Shown: in pieces, positions 26,543-36,803 of the stretch
Position numbering within the stretch: position 1 is the stretch's first letter
How the letters are laid out: each line of letters begins with the position of its first letter
Assembly (NCBI GenBank): GCA_031431535.1
Contig: JANPDO010000055.1
Location: 1-40,457 of the forward strand
From: Chloroflexota bacterium
Lineage (GTDB): Bacteria > Chloroflexota > Limnocylindria > Limnocylindrales > CSP1-4
Direction: 5' to 3'
Length of the DNA stretch: 40,457 nucleotides
Program-made: the position numbers and the translations under genes
Notes under the pieces: generated by a model
What the model was told of the DNA's origin: nothing
Seen by the model: only the letters and a program-made list of their open reading frames with translations
The model's database searches: none

Positions 26543-27010
26543 GTGGCCCGCCTAAGGTCGATCACCGCCACCTCCGCCGGCGGTATCGTGGTGCGGCACG
26601 AGTCGGGACGCGCGTGGCTCGTGATCGGCAGCCGCCGTCGTGAACGCGACACCAGGACGTGGTCCCTGCCCAAGGGCACTCCGGAACCCGGTGAGTCGCG
26701 CGAGGAGACGGCGCTGCGCGAGGTTGCCGAGGAGACCGGGCTCCAGGTCCAGATCACGGCGCCACTGGATTCGATCGAGTATTCGTTTGTGCAGAGCGGC
26801 CGGCGTATCCAGAAGACGGTCCACTATTTTCTGATGGATCCGGTGGGGGGAGACCTGGCCGCGCACGATCACGAATTCGAGCAGGTCCGCTGGGTGACGT
26901 TTGCCGAGGCCCGGACGCTGCTCACCTTCGAGACGGAGCGGGCACTCGTGGCGCGAGCCGCCGAGATCGTCGGCGTTTCCAGCGCGTCCGCGGGTGGCGG
27001 GCCGTCGTGA
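26543..27010 (+). CDS. Nudix hydrolase, ~155 aa
   Basis: Complete Nudix box GTPEPGESREETALREVAEETGL. The start is uncertain: GTG 26543 was chosen, while the track TTG at 26414 adds an Arg-rich extension. GTGA overlap with gcvT. Confidence 0.8.
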   Translation: MARLRSITATSAGGIVVRHESGRAWLVIGSRRRERDTRTWSLPKGTPEPGESREETALREVAEETGLQVQITAPLDSIEYSFVQSGRRIQKTVHYFLMDPVGGDLAAHDHEFEQVRWVTFAEARTLLTFETERALVARAAEIVGVSSASAGGGPS

Positions 27011-28122
27011 GTGAGGCGATCGAGTCGGTCGTCCACGAGACGCCCCTGGCGCAGGCCCATCGGGACCTGGGCGCCCGCATGATCGAATTCGGCGGCTGGT
27101 TGATGCCGGTGCAGTACGGCTCGATTCTCGAGGAGCACCGCGCAGTTCGCGAACGGGTGGGCCTGTTTGATCTGTCGCACATGGGCGAGCTGTACGTCGA
27201 GGGCCCCGAGGCGGGCGCGGCGCTCGCGTCGGCCCTCGTCAGCGATCCACCGGGTCTCGCGGTTGGGCGCGCCCACTATTCGATGATCTGCAACGCGGCC
27301 GGCGGGATCATCGACGACCTGATCGTCTACCGCCTGGCCGAGGAACGGTTCCTCGTGGTCGCCAACGCCGGCAACGCGGCGGTCGTTTCGGATGCCCTGG
27401 CGGAACGGCTCGACGGTTTCCGTGCTGTGCTGGACGACCGGTCGCTGGCGACGGGGCTGCTGGCGGTGCAGGGTCCCCGTGCGGTCGCGGTGCTCGGGCC
27501 GCTCACCGATGTCGATCTGGGGGCGTTGCGCTACTACGCGATCGCCGAGGGCACGGTGGCGGGGATCCCGGCCCTGGTGGCCCGGACCGGCTACACCGGC
27601 GAGGACGGCTTCGAGGTCTTCGTCGAGACCGGTTTGACGGTGGCGCTCTGGGAGGCTCTGCTTGGCCCGGTTCGTAGCCACGGGGGCCTGCCCGTGGGCC
27701 TGGGCGCGCGCGACACCCTGCGCCTGGAAGCCGGCATGCCACTCTACGGCAATGAACTCGACCTCGACACCAACCCCTTCGAAGCCGGGCTCGGACGGGT
27801 GGTCAAGCTTGGCAAGCCGGGCGATTTCATGGGGCGGGTCGCGCTCGAGCGGATCAGTCGCGAAGGGGCGGCGCGGACGCTTGTCGGGCTGGTCGTCGAG
27901 GGCCGCGGGATCGCCCGTCATGGGTATCCGGTCTTCGCTGGCGAGAGGCGGACGGGCAGCGTGACGAGCGGAACACAGTCGCCGACCCGGGGGGTCCCGA
28001 TCGCAATGGCATTCGTCGCACCAAGCGACGCCGAGCCGGGTACCGTTGTGGATGTCGAAATTCGCGACGCCCGCGTCTCGGCGCGAGTGGTCGCCCTGCC
28101 GTTCTATCGGAGGCCAGCCTGA
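27007..28122 (+). CDS. gcvT: Glycine cleavage system aminomethyltransferase (T protein), 371 aa
   Basis: TPLAQAHRDLGARMIEFGGWLMPVQY, VARTGYTGEDGFEV, RDTLRLEAGMPLYGNEL. Confidence 0.94.
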   Translation: MSEAIESVVHETPLAQAHRDLGARMIEFGGWLMPVQYGSILEEHRAVRERVGLFDLSHMGELYVEGPEAGAALASALVSDPPGLAVGRAHYSMICNAAGGIIDDLIVYRLAEERFLVVANAGNAAVVSDALAERLDGFRAVLDDRSLATGLLAVQGPRAVAVLGPLTDVDLGALRYYAIAEGTVAGIPALVARTGYTGEDGFEVFVETGLTVALWEALLGPVRSHGGLPVGLGARDTLRLEAGMPLYGNELDLDTNPFEAGLGRVVKLGKPGDFMGRVALERISREGAARTLVGLVVEGRGIARHGYPVFAGERRTGSVTSGTQSPTRGVPIAMAFVAPSDAEPGTVVDVEIRDARVSARVVALPFYRRPA

Positions 28123-28126
28123 CCCG

Positions 28127-28507
28127 ATGGTGCCGACCAACCTGCGCTACACGAACGATCACGAATGGGTCCGCGTCGACGGCGACGTGGCCACGGTCGG
28201 GATCACTGCCTACGCGGCCGACCAGCTCGGGGACATCGTCTTCGTCGAGCTACCCGAAGTCGGGCGTACCCTCGCCCGGGCCGGCGCCTTCGGGGTGGTC
28301 GAATCGGTGAAGGCCGTCAGCGATCTGTTCGCGCCGGTCGGCGGCGAGGTCATCGAGACGAATGCGGCGCTGACCGCCAGCCCGGAGCTCGTGAATTCGT
28401 CGCCCTATGACGACGGCTGGATGCTGCGCGTTCGCATGGCCACTGGCGCCGACCTCGACGGCCTGCTGGACCCGGCGACCTACGATGCCTTGATCGCGGC
28501 GGGCTGA
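28127..28507 (+). CDS. gcvH: Glycine cleavage system H protein, 126 aa
   Basis: YTNDHEWVRV and the lipoyl-lysine motif VESVKAVSD. Start ATG at 28127. Confidence 0.94.
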   Translation: MVPTNLRYTNDHEWVRVDGDVATVGITAYAADQLGDIVFVELPEVGRTLARAGAFGVVESVKAVSDLFAPVGGEVIETNAALTASPELVNSSPYDDGWMLRVRMATGADLDGLLDPATYDALIAAG

Positions 28508-28516
28508 CCTTCCCCG

Positions 28517-29944
28517 ATGCCCTACGGTCCTCACACCGCGTCCGATCGGGTGCGCATGCTCGCTGCGCTCGGCCTGACCAGCGTTGATCAGTTGTTCGAG
28601 GATATTCCGGCGGGGATGCGGGCATCGACGCTCAACCTCCCGGAACCGGAACCCGAGCTGGAGTTGGCCGCCCGGCTGAGCGACCTGGCCGCGCGCAACC
28701 GGGGGGACCTCGTCTCGTTCCTGGGCGCCGGCGTGTACCGCCATTGGAGTCCGCCCGCGGTCGACCAGATCCTGCTCCGCGGCGAGTGGTACACGGCGTA
28801 CACGCCGTATCAGCCGGAGATCAGCCAGGGGACCCTCCAGAGCATCTACGAATACCAGTCACTGATCGCGGAGCTGGTGTCACTCGAGGTGGTCTCGGCC
28901 TCGCACTACGACGGCGCCGCGGCAACGGCCGAGGCCGCCCTGATGGCGTGTCGGGCGACCCGCCGTGAGCGCGTCCTCGTCTCGCGCGCTATCCATCCCC
29001 ACTACCGTGCAACGTTGCGGACCTACTTCGGTGCCGGGCTGGAGGTCGACGAGATCCCCCTGGTCAGCGATGGAGACGCTGCGGGCACCACGGATCTGGC
29101 GGCCCTGGAGCGGCTGCTCGCCGACCGCGATCGGCCGGTGGCCGGGGTCCTTGCCGCGCAGCCGAACTTCCTCGGCCTGCTGGAACCGATGCGCACGATC
29201 GGGGAGCTCGCGCACCGGGCCGGGGCGCTATTTGTATCGGTCGTGGAGCCGGTGTCGCTGGCCGTGCTGGCACCGCCGGGCGCATACGGGGCGGACATCG
29301 CGGCCGGCGAGGGCCAGCCGCTTGGGATCCCGCCGCAATACGGCGGTCCGTACCTCGGAATCCTCGCCTGCACCGATTCGCTCGTCCGCCAGATCCCCGG
29401 GCGACTCGTGGGCATGACCACCGATCTCGACGGTCAGCGTGCCTTCGTGATGACCATGCGGGCCCGCGAGCAGGACATCCGGCGCGACAAGGCGGCCAGC
29501 AACATCTGTACCAACCAGGCGCTCCTGGCCCTGGCGGCCTCGGTCTACCTCGCCACGATCGGGCCACACGGTCTTCGTGACGTGGCCGCACTGGGCGCGA
29601 CGCGGGCGGCCGAACTGGAGGCCGCCCTGGCCGCCATCGGTTCGCCGCGGATCCACCGTGGGCCGTACCTCAATGAGTTCGCCGTCCGGGTTCCGGGAGC
29701 GCGGGGCGTCCATCGACGGTTGCTCGATCGAGGTGTACTGGCGGGGCTCGTCCTGTCGGAGGTCGAACCGGGCGATCCGAGCCTGGCCGACGCGTTGCTT
29801 GTATGCGCTACGGAGGTAACGACCACCGCCGAGATCGCCCGCTTCGCCGCGGCGCTCGGTGAGATCCTCGATGGGCGACCGCCCACCGGGGTGGAGGCGG
29901 GGGCGGGAGCCGATCGCCGATCCGTCATGGGCGGCGTGCGGTGA
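28517..29944 (+). CDS. gcvPA: Glycine dehydrogenase (decarboxylating) subunit 1, 475 aa
   Basis: MPYGPHTASDRVRMLAALGL N-terminus, YTPYQPEISQGTLQ, SNICTNQAL. Confidence 0.93.
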   Translation: MPYGPHTASDRVRMLAALGLTSVDQLFEDIPAGMRASTLNLPEPEPELELAARLSDLAARNRGDLVSFLGAGVYRHWSPPAVDQILLRGEWYTAYTPYQPEISQGTLQSIYEYQSLIAELVSLEVVSASHYDGAAATAEAALMACRATRRERVLVSRAIHPHYRATLRTYFGAGLEVDEIPLVSDGDAAGTTDLAALERLLADRDRPVAGVLAAQPNFLGLLEPMRTIGELAHRAGALFVSVVEPVSLAVLAPPGAYGADIAAGEGQPLGIPPQYGGPYLGILACTDSLVRQIPGRLVGMTTDLDGQRAFVMTMRAREQDIRRDKAASNICTNQALLALAASVYLATIGPHGLRDVAALGATRAAELEAALAAIGSPRIHRGPYLNEFAVRVPGARGVHRRLLDRGVLAGLVLSEVEPGDPSLADALLVCATEVTTTAEIARFAAALGEILDGRPPTGVEAGAGADRRSVMGGVR

Positions 29945-31440
29945 GCGTGGTCGGCGCGAAGCTCCAGCCCACGATCTTCGAGCGAGGGCGGCCCGGCCGC
30001 GGTGGCGGAAAGATTCCACATCCGCCAAAGGACGCGCTGGACCGCATCCCGGCCGAAGCCCGCCGGGAGGTGCCGCCGGCCCTGCCCGAGATGAATGAGC
30101 CCGAGGTGGTGCGCCACTACGTGAACCTCTCGCAGCTCAACTACGCCGTGGACACCGGCTTCTATCCGCTGGGCTCGTGCACCATGAAGTTCAATCCCAA
30201 GCTCAACGAGTGGGCGGCGCGACTGCCCGGTTTCGCCAACCTTCACCCGCTCACCCCCGACGCGGCCGCCCAGGGCACGCTGCAGCTGCTCTGGGAGCTG
30301 GAGGGGGCGCTGTGCGAGATCAGCGGGATGCGCGCGGTGACGCTCCAGCCCGCCGCCGGGGCCCAGGGTGAACTGACCGGGATCCTGATGATCCGGGCGT
30401 ATCACCGGGCGCGCGGCGAGGCCGAACGCGATGAGGTCCTCGTCCCGGACTCAAGCCACGGGACCAACCCGGCCACCGCGTCGATGGCCGGCTACAAAAC
30501 GGTCACGATCCCGTCGGCCGCGGATGGCGGCGTGGATCTGGATGCCTTTCGGACGGCTCTTGGGCCGCGGACAGCGGCCGTGATGATCACGAACCCGTCC
30601 ACCCTGGGATTGTTCGAGGCACGGATCGGGGAACTGCTGGACGCGGTTCATGCGGCGGGCGCGCTCGCGTACATGGACGGTGCCAACCTCAACGCGATCC
30701 TTGGCCGGTTCAAGCCGGGCGAGGCCGGGTTTGACGTCATGCATTTCAACGTCCACAAGACGTTCTCGACGCCGCACGGGGGTGGCGGACCCGGCGCCGG
30801 TCCGGTTGGGGTGGGGGAGGCGCTCACGCCCTATCTGCCGGAGCCGCGGGTCCTGCGTGGCGTTGACGGCGTGTTCGGCCTGGAGCGGGTGGGCGAGCGG
30901 TCGGGCTCGATCGGGCGAATGCGCAGCTTCGTGGGCAACACGGGCGTCCTCGTCCGCGCGTATGCGTACATCCGGGCGCACGGTGGCTCCGGACTGCGCG
31001 AGGTCAGCGACGACGCCGTACTCGCGGCCAACTATCTCAAGCACCGCCTGGCGGGGACCTTTGACATCCCCCACGAGCGAGCGTGCAAGCATGAATTCGT
31101 CGCGTCCGCCGCGACACTCAAGAAGCGGACCGGTGTGCGCACGCTGGATATCGCCAAGCGGCTGATCGACTACGGCTACCACCCGCCCACGATCTACTTC
31201 CCGCTGATCGTCGAGGAGGGGATGCTGATCGAGCCGACCGAGACCGAATCGCTCGAAACGCTCGATGCGTTCGCCGATGCGCTGATCGCGATCGCCGCCG
31301 AGGCCGAGGCGACACCAGACCTGGTCACCGGTGCCCCGCACAGCGCGCCCGTGCGCCGGCTCGATGAGGCGGCGGCCGCCCGCCACCCCAACCTGCGCTG
31401 GCGACCGATGACCGGCCGCGAGACACCGTGCCCCGACTGA
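29941..31440 (+). CDS. gcvPB: Glycine dehydrogenase (decarboxylating) subunit 2, 499 aa
   Basis: PLP-lysine region HFNVHKTFSTPHGGGGPG. GTGA overlap with gcvPA. Confidence 0.93.
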   Translation: MSVVGAKLQPTIFERGRPGRGGGKIPHPPKDALDRIPAEARREVPPALPEMNEPEVVRHYVNLSQLNYAVDTGFYPLGSCTMKFNPKLNEWAARLPGFANLHPLTPDAAAQGTLQLLWELEGALCEISGMRAVTLQPAAGAQGELTGILMIRAYHRARGEAERDEVLVPDSSHGTNPATASMAGYKTVTIPSAADGGVDLDAFRTALGPRTAAVMITNPSTLGLFEARIGELLDAVHAAGALAYMDGANLNAILGRFKPGEAGFDVMHFNVHKTFSTPHGGGGPGAGPVGVGEALTPYLPEPRVLRGVDGVFGLERVGERSGSIGRMRSFVGNTGVLVRAYAYIRAHGGSGLREVSDDAVLAANYLKHRLAGTFDIPHERACKHEFVASAATLKKRTGVRTLDIAKRLIDYGYHPPTIYFPLIVEEGMLIEPTETESLETLDAFADALIAIAAEAEATPDLVTGAPHSAPVRRLDEAAAARHPNLRWRPMTGRETPCPD

Positions 31441-31461
31441 AGGTTGCGGTCCGGTGCCACG

Positions 31462-31490
31462 TTGACAGGCGGCGAGCCACTGTGGATAGT
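31462..31490 (+). promoter_or_regulatory. Candidate sigma70-type promoter of the peptide ABC transporter operon
   Basis: Consensus TTGACA (31462-31467), 17-nt spacer, GATAGT (31485-31490). About 165 nt upstream of the binding-protein ATG. Confidence 0.45.
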
Positions 31491-31656
31491 GTCGCCAGCG
31501 TAGCGACCCAAACCGTGCAGCGCCGCGTCTCGCGTTGAACTGGAGGAGTGGGAGGCTCGTCTCCGGCAACATGCAGGCGCTCGATGCAACGGCCAGCAAC
31601 GGATGATGATCTCACGGCAGTTTCCCCGGTCCCACAATCCATTCGGAGGAGAGTTC

Positions 31657-33495
31657 ATGCAGAAGCGACTTCTGGCCATCCTGGCCACCATCGCCATCGT
31701 CGCGGCGGCTTGCGGGAGTTCCACGACCAGCTCCTCGCCATCGCCGGCTGATTCAGCGGCTCCGCCCCCGACGACCGCCCCGGTCACCGACCCGCCGGCC
31801 CCGACCCTGGATCCCAACGATCCGGAGGCCATCCTTTTCAATTACGTCTATGAGCCGACGGAAGGCGTCGCCGGCGGGGCGGCGATCATCGGTGACTGGC
31901 AGGCCGTCGCCAACCTGAACCAGTACTACGACAACTCGTTCACCACGACTCAGGTCTTGGCATCCTCAATGCTCAACATGTGGGAGACCACCAACGACGG
32001 CCACTGGCGGCCGGACCTCGCTGCGAAGATGCCGCGGTTCTCCGACGGCTCGGTCCGCCAGGCCGCGGACGGCTCCTTCGAGGTCGACCTCGAGATCCGC
32101 CCCGGCCTCAAGTGGTCGGACGGCATGCCGCTCACCCTGAACGACCTCAAGTACACGTGGGAATGGAACATGGATCCAGCCCAGGTCGGTCTTGTTGAGG
32201 GCACCACAGGCTGGGAGGACATCACCTCCTTCGAAGTGGCGGCTGACGGTCTCACCGCGACGGTCTCGTTCGGCAAGCCATTCGCGGGCTTCTACGGATT
32301 ATTCGACAACACTGTCCTACCGAAGCACTACTTCGAGACGATCCCGGTGACCGACGCCGCGACCCTGTCCATGCCGGTGACCCCGGACATTGCGAAGGTC
32401 CCGGCCTCGGGCCCGTTCATGTTCGAGACGGCATCCGCCACGGGCATCGTCCTCAAGAGGAACCCGAACTACGTCGGTGGCGCCTTCGGCCAGGGCGCGT
32501 ACCTGGACGAGCTCAAGTACACGTTCTATGCCGATGTCGACGGCATGAAGGCCGACTTCCTGGCCGGCAACGTCGATGCCGCGCTGGACATGCTGGCCGC
32601 CGACTACGACTCGATCAAGGGCGTCGATCCGGCCATCGGCCGGGCGCTCCTCGAGCCCGCCTGGCAGTACGAGCACCTGGACATGAACCAGGGCGCCAAC
32701 GGCCACCCGATGCTCAAGGACGTCAACGTCCGCCGGGCGCTGACCCAGGCCATCGACAAGGCCGACCTGTTCGCGACCCTCTTCCCGGGCTACCCGGTGC
32801 CGGAGACGGCCGCCTGCTCGCCTGCTCCCCCCGGAACATACTGGCGTGACGAAGCCGTCACGTGCCTGCCGTTCGATGTCGCTGCCTCCAACGCGCTCCT
32901 CGATGGCGCGGGCTGGGTGGACAGCAACGCGGACGGGACCCGTGACAAGGACGGCGTGGAGGCCGAGATCAAGGCCTGCACCCTCGCCGGCCGCCCGGTC
33001 CGCCAGCTGACCCTGGAGAAGGTCGCCGGGTACTTCGCGGCGATCGGCATCAAGGTCAACGTGGAACTGTCGGAAACGATGTTCGACGGCTGGCAGGACC
33101 AGCCCGAGGACAGCTCCTGCAGTATTTACAGAGGCACCTACGACCTGTCGCTTTTCGCGTGGGTCCTGACGTTTGACCTGTTCGGCAACTACTACTACAA
33201 CTATCACACCGACCAGTGGCCGGACGCGGACCCGCATGACGGTGGCAACACCTCGCGCTTCTCCAACCCGGAGATGGACGCCGCGCTCGACGTTCTCAAG
33301 GACAAGATCACCACGGCAGACCAGATCGCGGCCGTGAAGACCGTCCAGGAGATCTTCGTGGACCAGGCGGCCGAGATCCCGCTGTACTACCGAAACGAAT
33401 CGCGCGGTGTCTCCACCCGCCTTCAGAACTTCTTCAAGAACCCTGGCACCGCCTCCGACATCTGGAATGTCGAAGACTGGTGGATCCAGGAGTAA
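31657..33495 (+). CDS. ABC transporter substrate-binding lipoprotein, family 5 (peptide/nickel, OppA/DppA-like), 612 aa
   Basis: GGAGGAGAG RBS. Lipoprotein signal MQKRLLAILATIAIVAAAC, then a Ser/Pro/Thr linker. Size and composition fit SBP_bac_5. Followed by two permeases and two ATPases. Confidence 0.85.
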   Translation: MQKRLLAILATIAIVAAACGSSTTSSSPSPADSAAPPPTTAPVTDPPAPTLDPNDPEAILFNYVYEPTEGVAGGAAIIGDWQAVANLNQYYDNSFTTTQVLASSMLNMWETTNDGHWRPDLAAKMPRFSDGSVRQAADGSFEVDLEIRPGLKWSDGMPLTLNDLKYTWEWNMDPAQVGLVEGTTGWEDITSFEVAADGLTATVSFGKPFAGFYGLFDNTVLPKHYFETIPVTDAATLSMPVTPDIAKVPASGPFMFETASATGIVLKRNPNYVGGAFGQGAYLDELKYTFYADVDGMKADFLAGNVDAALDMLAADYDSIKGVDPAIGRALLEPAWQYEHLDMNQGANGHPMLKDVNVRRALTQAIDKADLFATLFPGYPVPETAACSPAPPGTYWRDEAVTCLPFDVAASNALLDGAGWVDSNADGTRDKDGVEAEIKACTLAGRPVRQLTLEKVAGYFAAIGIKVNVELSETMFDGWQDQPEDSSCSIYRGTYDLSLFAWVLTFDLFGNYYYNYHTDQWPDADPHDGGNTSRFSNPEMDAALDVLKDKITTADQIAAVKTVQEIFVDQAAEIPLYYRNESRGVSTRLQNFFKNPGTASDIWNVEDWWIQE

Positions 33496-33511
33496 CCCCG
33501 CGCTGAAGGAT

Positions 33512-33542
33512 CTGGGCGCCGGCCATGTTGGTCGGCGCCCAG
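33512..33542 (+). terminator. Stem-loop after the binding-protein gene (candidate intra-operon attenuator / mRNA stabiliser)
   Basis: Perfect 10-bp stem CTGGGCGCCG / CGGCGCCCAG with an 11-nt loop, followed by CCGTTTCTCC. It lies 17 nt after the stop and 66 nt before the permease start. Confidence 0.5.
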
Positions 33543-33607
33543 CCGTTTCTCCGACTTCATGTCGCCGCCGGTACGGCGCGGCATTCGCTCCGCAGGCGTA
33601 GGGGTCG

Positions 33608-34711
33608 ATGACCAAATACATCATTCGACGCAGCCTCGGGCTGATCCCGCTGCTGCTCGGGATCGTGCTCGTGAGCTTTACGCTGATGAAGCTCGCGCCC
33701 GGCGGCCCGCAGTCCCAGTTCAACCAGAACCCGCGGGTCAGCGAGGCACAGGTCGAAGCCTGGCTCCAGCGCTGGTGCCTCGAGCGTAACCCGACGGCCC
33801 TGTCGGTTGTCCGCGAGTTCGGCGGCTGGCTGGGTGTCTACAACTGCCAGACGGACAGCTTCCTCTCGGAGCGCGGCGGCCTCAATATCCTGCCCTCGTT
33901 CATGGGGGGCGGGGACAACGGCATCATCAAGGGCGATCTCGGGCTCTCGATCGTGAGCGCCCGGCCGGTCACCGATGTCATCGTGGAGCGAATCCCGGCG
34001 ACCCTGATTCTGACGTCCGCCGCCCTGGTCATCTGGGTTTCGATCGCCATCGTCCTCGGCGTCGTCGCTGCCGTGAAGCGCTACTCCCTGTTTGACCAGT
34101 TGGTGACGTTTCTGGCGTACATCTTCTACTCGCTGCCCACGTTCTGGCTGGGCCTTATGTTCATCTTCGTGTTCGCGGTGACCCTGCGCTGGGTCCCTGC
34201 CCAGGGGATCGTGTCGCCGCGAAACTGGCCCCCGTTCAACACGCCGCAGTACTGGGAAGCGTTCGGTGCGGAGCCAATCGCGGCGGTCCTGGACGTTGCC
34301 GCCCATCTCGTGCTGCCCGTAACGGTCCTCGTTCTCGTCAACATCGCCGGCGACAGTCGATTCGTGCGGGCGAGCATGCTCGAGGCCCTGAACCAGGACT
34401 ACGTTCGCACGGCTCGGGCCAAGGGTCTGCCGCGCCGGATGGTGATCATGAAGCACACGTTCCGCAATGCGATGCTGCCCGTCGTCACCAATGTGGCGCT
34501 CAGCCTGCCCTTCCTGTTCAGTGGGGCCATCGTCACGGAGACCATCTTCTCGTGGACGGGCATGGGCCTGCTGTTCATCGAGGGGGTCAATGCGCGGGAC
34601 TACTTCCTGCTCATGGGGCTCATCCTGATCACGTCGCTGCTGGTCGTGATCGCGAACCTCGTCGCGGATGTCGTGTACGCCATCGTCGATCCGCGCATTC
34701 GCTACGACTGA
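33608..34711 (+). CDS. ABC transporter permease (OppB/DppB-like), 367 aa
   Basis: MTKYIIRRSLGLIPLLLGIVLVSF N-terminus typical of OppB. EAA-loop region YVRTARAKGLPRRMVIMKHTFRNA. Confidence 0.9.
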   Translation: MTKYIIRRSLGLIPLLLGIVLVSFTLMKLAPGGPQSQFNQNPRVSEAQVEAWLQRWCLERNPTALSVVREFGGWLGVYNCQTDSFLSERGGLNILPSFMGGGDNGIIKGDLGLSIVSARPVTDVIVERIPATLILTSAALVIWVSIAIVLGVVAAVKRYSLFDQLVTFLAYIFYSLPTFWLGLMFIFVFAVTLRWVPAQGIVSPRNWPPFNTPQYWEAFGAEPIAAVLDVAAHLVLPVTVLVLVNIAGDSRFVRASMLEALNQDYVRTARAKGLPRRMVIMKHTFRNAMLPVVTNVALSLPFLFSGAIVTETIFSWTGMGLLFIEGVNARDYFLLMGLILITSLLVVIANLVADVVYAIVDPRIRYD

Positions 34712-34722
34712 GAGGCCGTCCG

Positions 34723-35709
34723 ATGCCCGACACGTTCCAGGCAGATGGTGCGATCCGGCCGGCCGGCGTCGTGGGGCCCGCGCCATCGACACTCGAGATC
34801 CTCGCCGAGGAAGCCGGAGCCGACGACTTCGAGGTCGCACTCGAGTCGCTCAATCAATGGCAACTCGCCTGGCGCCGCTTCAAGCGGCATCGGCTGGCGC
34901 TCATCGGTTCAAGCTACCTGCTGGCGATGGTCGCCATGGCCATCCTCGGACCGATCCTCTGGCCATACAACCCGAACGACATCCCAGGGGTCACGACGCC
35001 AGGTGGCGACCCGCCCACGATGGACCCGATCCGGAACCTCTTCGGCTCGGACTTCGGGGGTCGCAGCGTGCTCCAGTTCGTGGTGGTCGGGGCTCGCATC
35101 TCGGTGTCCATCGGCCTGTTCACGATGCTGATTGCGACCACGATCGGGGTCATCGTCGGGGCCGTCGCGGGCTACGCGGGCGGCAGGATCGACGGACTGC
35201 TCATGCGCTTCGTGGACCTGATGCTGGCGATCCCGTTCCTGTTTGTCATCCTCGTGGCGGCTCGTTTCTTCGGCGGCGGCGACCCGGTGATCCTCATTGT
35301 CATCTTCGGCCTCCTGTTCTGGCCGGGCCTGGCTCGACTCGTGCGAGCGCTCTTCCTGTCCCTGCGGGAGGCGGAGTTCGTGCAGGCCGCGCGGGCCGTG
35401 GGCGTCAGCGACGCCCGGATCACGTTCCGGCACATCCTGCCAAACGCGCTGGGTCCCATTGTCGTGTCGGCCACCCTGATCATGGCCGGCGCGATCGTGA
35501 CCGAAGCGTTCGTCAGCTTCCTCAACTTCGGCATCCGGGCGACTGACGTCAGCTGGGGCAATGCCCTGTCGAATTCGAAGGGGTACCTGCTTCAGGGCAA
35601 CTGGTGGTGGCCGTTCTTCCCGGGCATGGCCTTGGCGCTGACCGTCATCGCCGTCAACTTCATCGGTGACGGACTGCGCGACGCGCTCGATCCGCGGAGC
35701 AAGGAGTGA
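34723..35709 (+). CDS. ABC transporter permease (OppC/DppC-like), 328 aa
   Basis: [16 protein letters not shown]-terminal motif and EAA-loop [27 protein letters not shown] at 34723; the track start at 34552 lies inside the previous gene. Confidence 0.9.
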   Translation: MPDTFQADGAIRPAGVVGPAPSTLEILAEEAGADDFEVALESLNQWQLAWRRFKRHRLALIGSSYLLAMVAMAILGPILWPYNPNDIPGVTTPGGDPPTMDPIRNLFGSDFGGRSVLQFVVVGARISVSIGLFTMLIATTIGVIVGAVAGYAGGRIDGLLMRFVDLMLAIPFLFVILVAARFFGGGDPVILIVIFGLLFWPGLARLVRALFLSLREAEFVQAARAVGVSDARITFRHILPNALGPIVVSATLIMAGAIVTEAFVSFLNFGIRATDVSWGNALSNSKGYLLQGNWWWPFFPGMALALTVIAVNFIGDGLRDALDPRSKE

Positions 35710-36803
35710 ACGAGTCGGTGGTCGTCGATCTGAAGCCGGGGTCCGGCGCGGCCCTGGATAACCCACCAGCAGACGACGTCCTGCTTGACGTCCGCGACCT
35801 GCGGACCTATTTCCACGTGATGGACGGCATCGTGCGCGCAGTGGATGGGGTGAGCTACTCGATCAAGCGCGGTCAGACGCTGGGCATCGTGGGTGAGTCC
35901 GGATGCGGCAAGAGCGTCACCGCACTCACGATCATGCGCCTCCTCGACATGCCGCCGGCTGAGGTCGCATCGGGTCGCGTGTGGTTCGGAGGCCGCGATC
36001 TGCTGGCGCTCCCGGAGGAGCAGATGCGACACGTCCGTGGGAATGAGATTGCGATGATCTTCCAGGAGCCCATGACCAGCCTGAACCCGGTCTACACGGT
36101 CGGGGATCAGATTTCGGAAGGGCTCGTCGTCCACAAGGGATTGTCGAAGAAGTCAGCGATGGATCGTGCCGTCGAGGGGCTTCGACAGGTTGGGATCAAC
36201 AACCCGGAACGCCGGGTGAAGCAGTATCCGCACGAGATGTCCGGCGGCATGCGTCAACGCATCATGATCGCGATGGCGCTCGTCTGCGATCCGGACCTCA
36301 TCATTGCGGATGAGCCGACGACGGCACTTGATGTGACGATCCAGGCGCAGATCCTCGATCTCATTCGCAAGGTCCAGGACGAGACCGGCGCCGCTCTCAT
36401 GCTGATCACCCACGATCTCGGCGTCGTTGCCGAGACGGTCCAGAACGTGGTCGTGATGTACGCGGGCCGGATTGTGGAACAAGGGTCGGTGGAAGAGGTC
36501 CTGCTCGCACCCAGGCATCCGTACACCGAGGGGTTGCTCCACTCGATCCCGTCGAGGGGCAAACGTGGTCAACGCCTCAACGTGATCAAGGGCATGGTCG
36601 CGAACCCGTTCCGCCTGCCGACCGGCTGCAACTTCGCCCCGCGCTGCCCCTATGCGTTCGAGCCCTGTACCACACACGATCCCCGGATTGAGGACGCCAC
36701 GCCCCCGGATGTCGCCTGCTGGCGCTACACCAGCATCCCTGGGGGACCGCCGCCACCAGCCACCCGGCCGACCCTTCCGCCGCGGGAGGTACCTGCCCCG
36801 TGA
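35706..36803 (+). CDS. ABC transporter ATP-binding protein (OppD/DppD-like), 365 aa
   Basis: Walker A GESGCGKS, signature SGGMRQR, Walker [13 protein letters not shown], and a C-terminal oligopeptide-type extension ([17 protein letters not shown]). Confidence 0.92.
   Translation: MNESVVVDLKPGSGAALDNPPADDVLLDVRDLRTYFHVMDGIVRAVDGVSYSIKRGQTLGIVGESGCGKSVTALTIMRLLDMPPAEVASGRVWFGGRDLLALPEEQMRHVRGNEIAMIFQEPMTSLNPVYTVGDQISEGLVVHKGLSKKSAMDRAVEGLRQVGINNPERRVKQYPHEMSGGMRQRIMIAMALVCDPDLIIADEPTTALDVTIQAQILDLIRKVQDETGAALMLITHDLGVVAETVQNVVVMYAGRIVEQGSVEEVLLAPRHPYTEGLLHSIPSRGKRGQRLNVIKGMVANPFRLPTGCNFAPRCPYAFEPCTTHDPRIEDATPPDVACWRYTSIPGGPPPPATRPTLPPREVPAP

Noticed and set aside
4038-35766. Many long ORFs antisense to or out of frame with the called genes: 4038-4949(-), 4889-6313(-), 7494-8531(-), 10369-11268(-), 10734-11687(+), 16497-17582(-), 17659-18540(-), 18002-18997(-), 18738-20021(-), 20528-21475(-), 24000-24878(-), 25095-26309(-), 26869-28140(-), 30451-31599(-), 32317-33723(-), 33557-34840(-), 34668-35546(+), 34909-35766(-).
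   Set aside because: Their translations are Arg/Pro/Gly/Ala-rich with low complexity and no recognisable motifs. Each overlaps a gene whose product carries clear family signatures. Stop-poor shadow ORFs like these are expected at ~69% GC.
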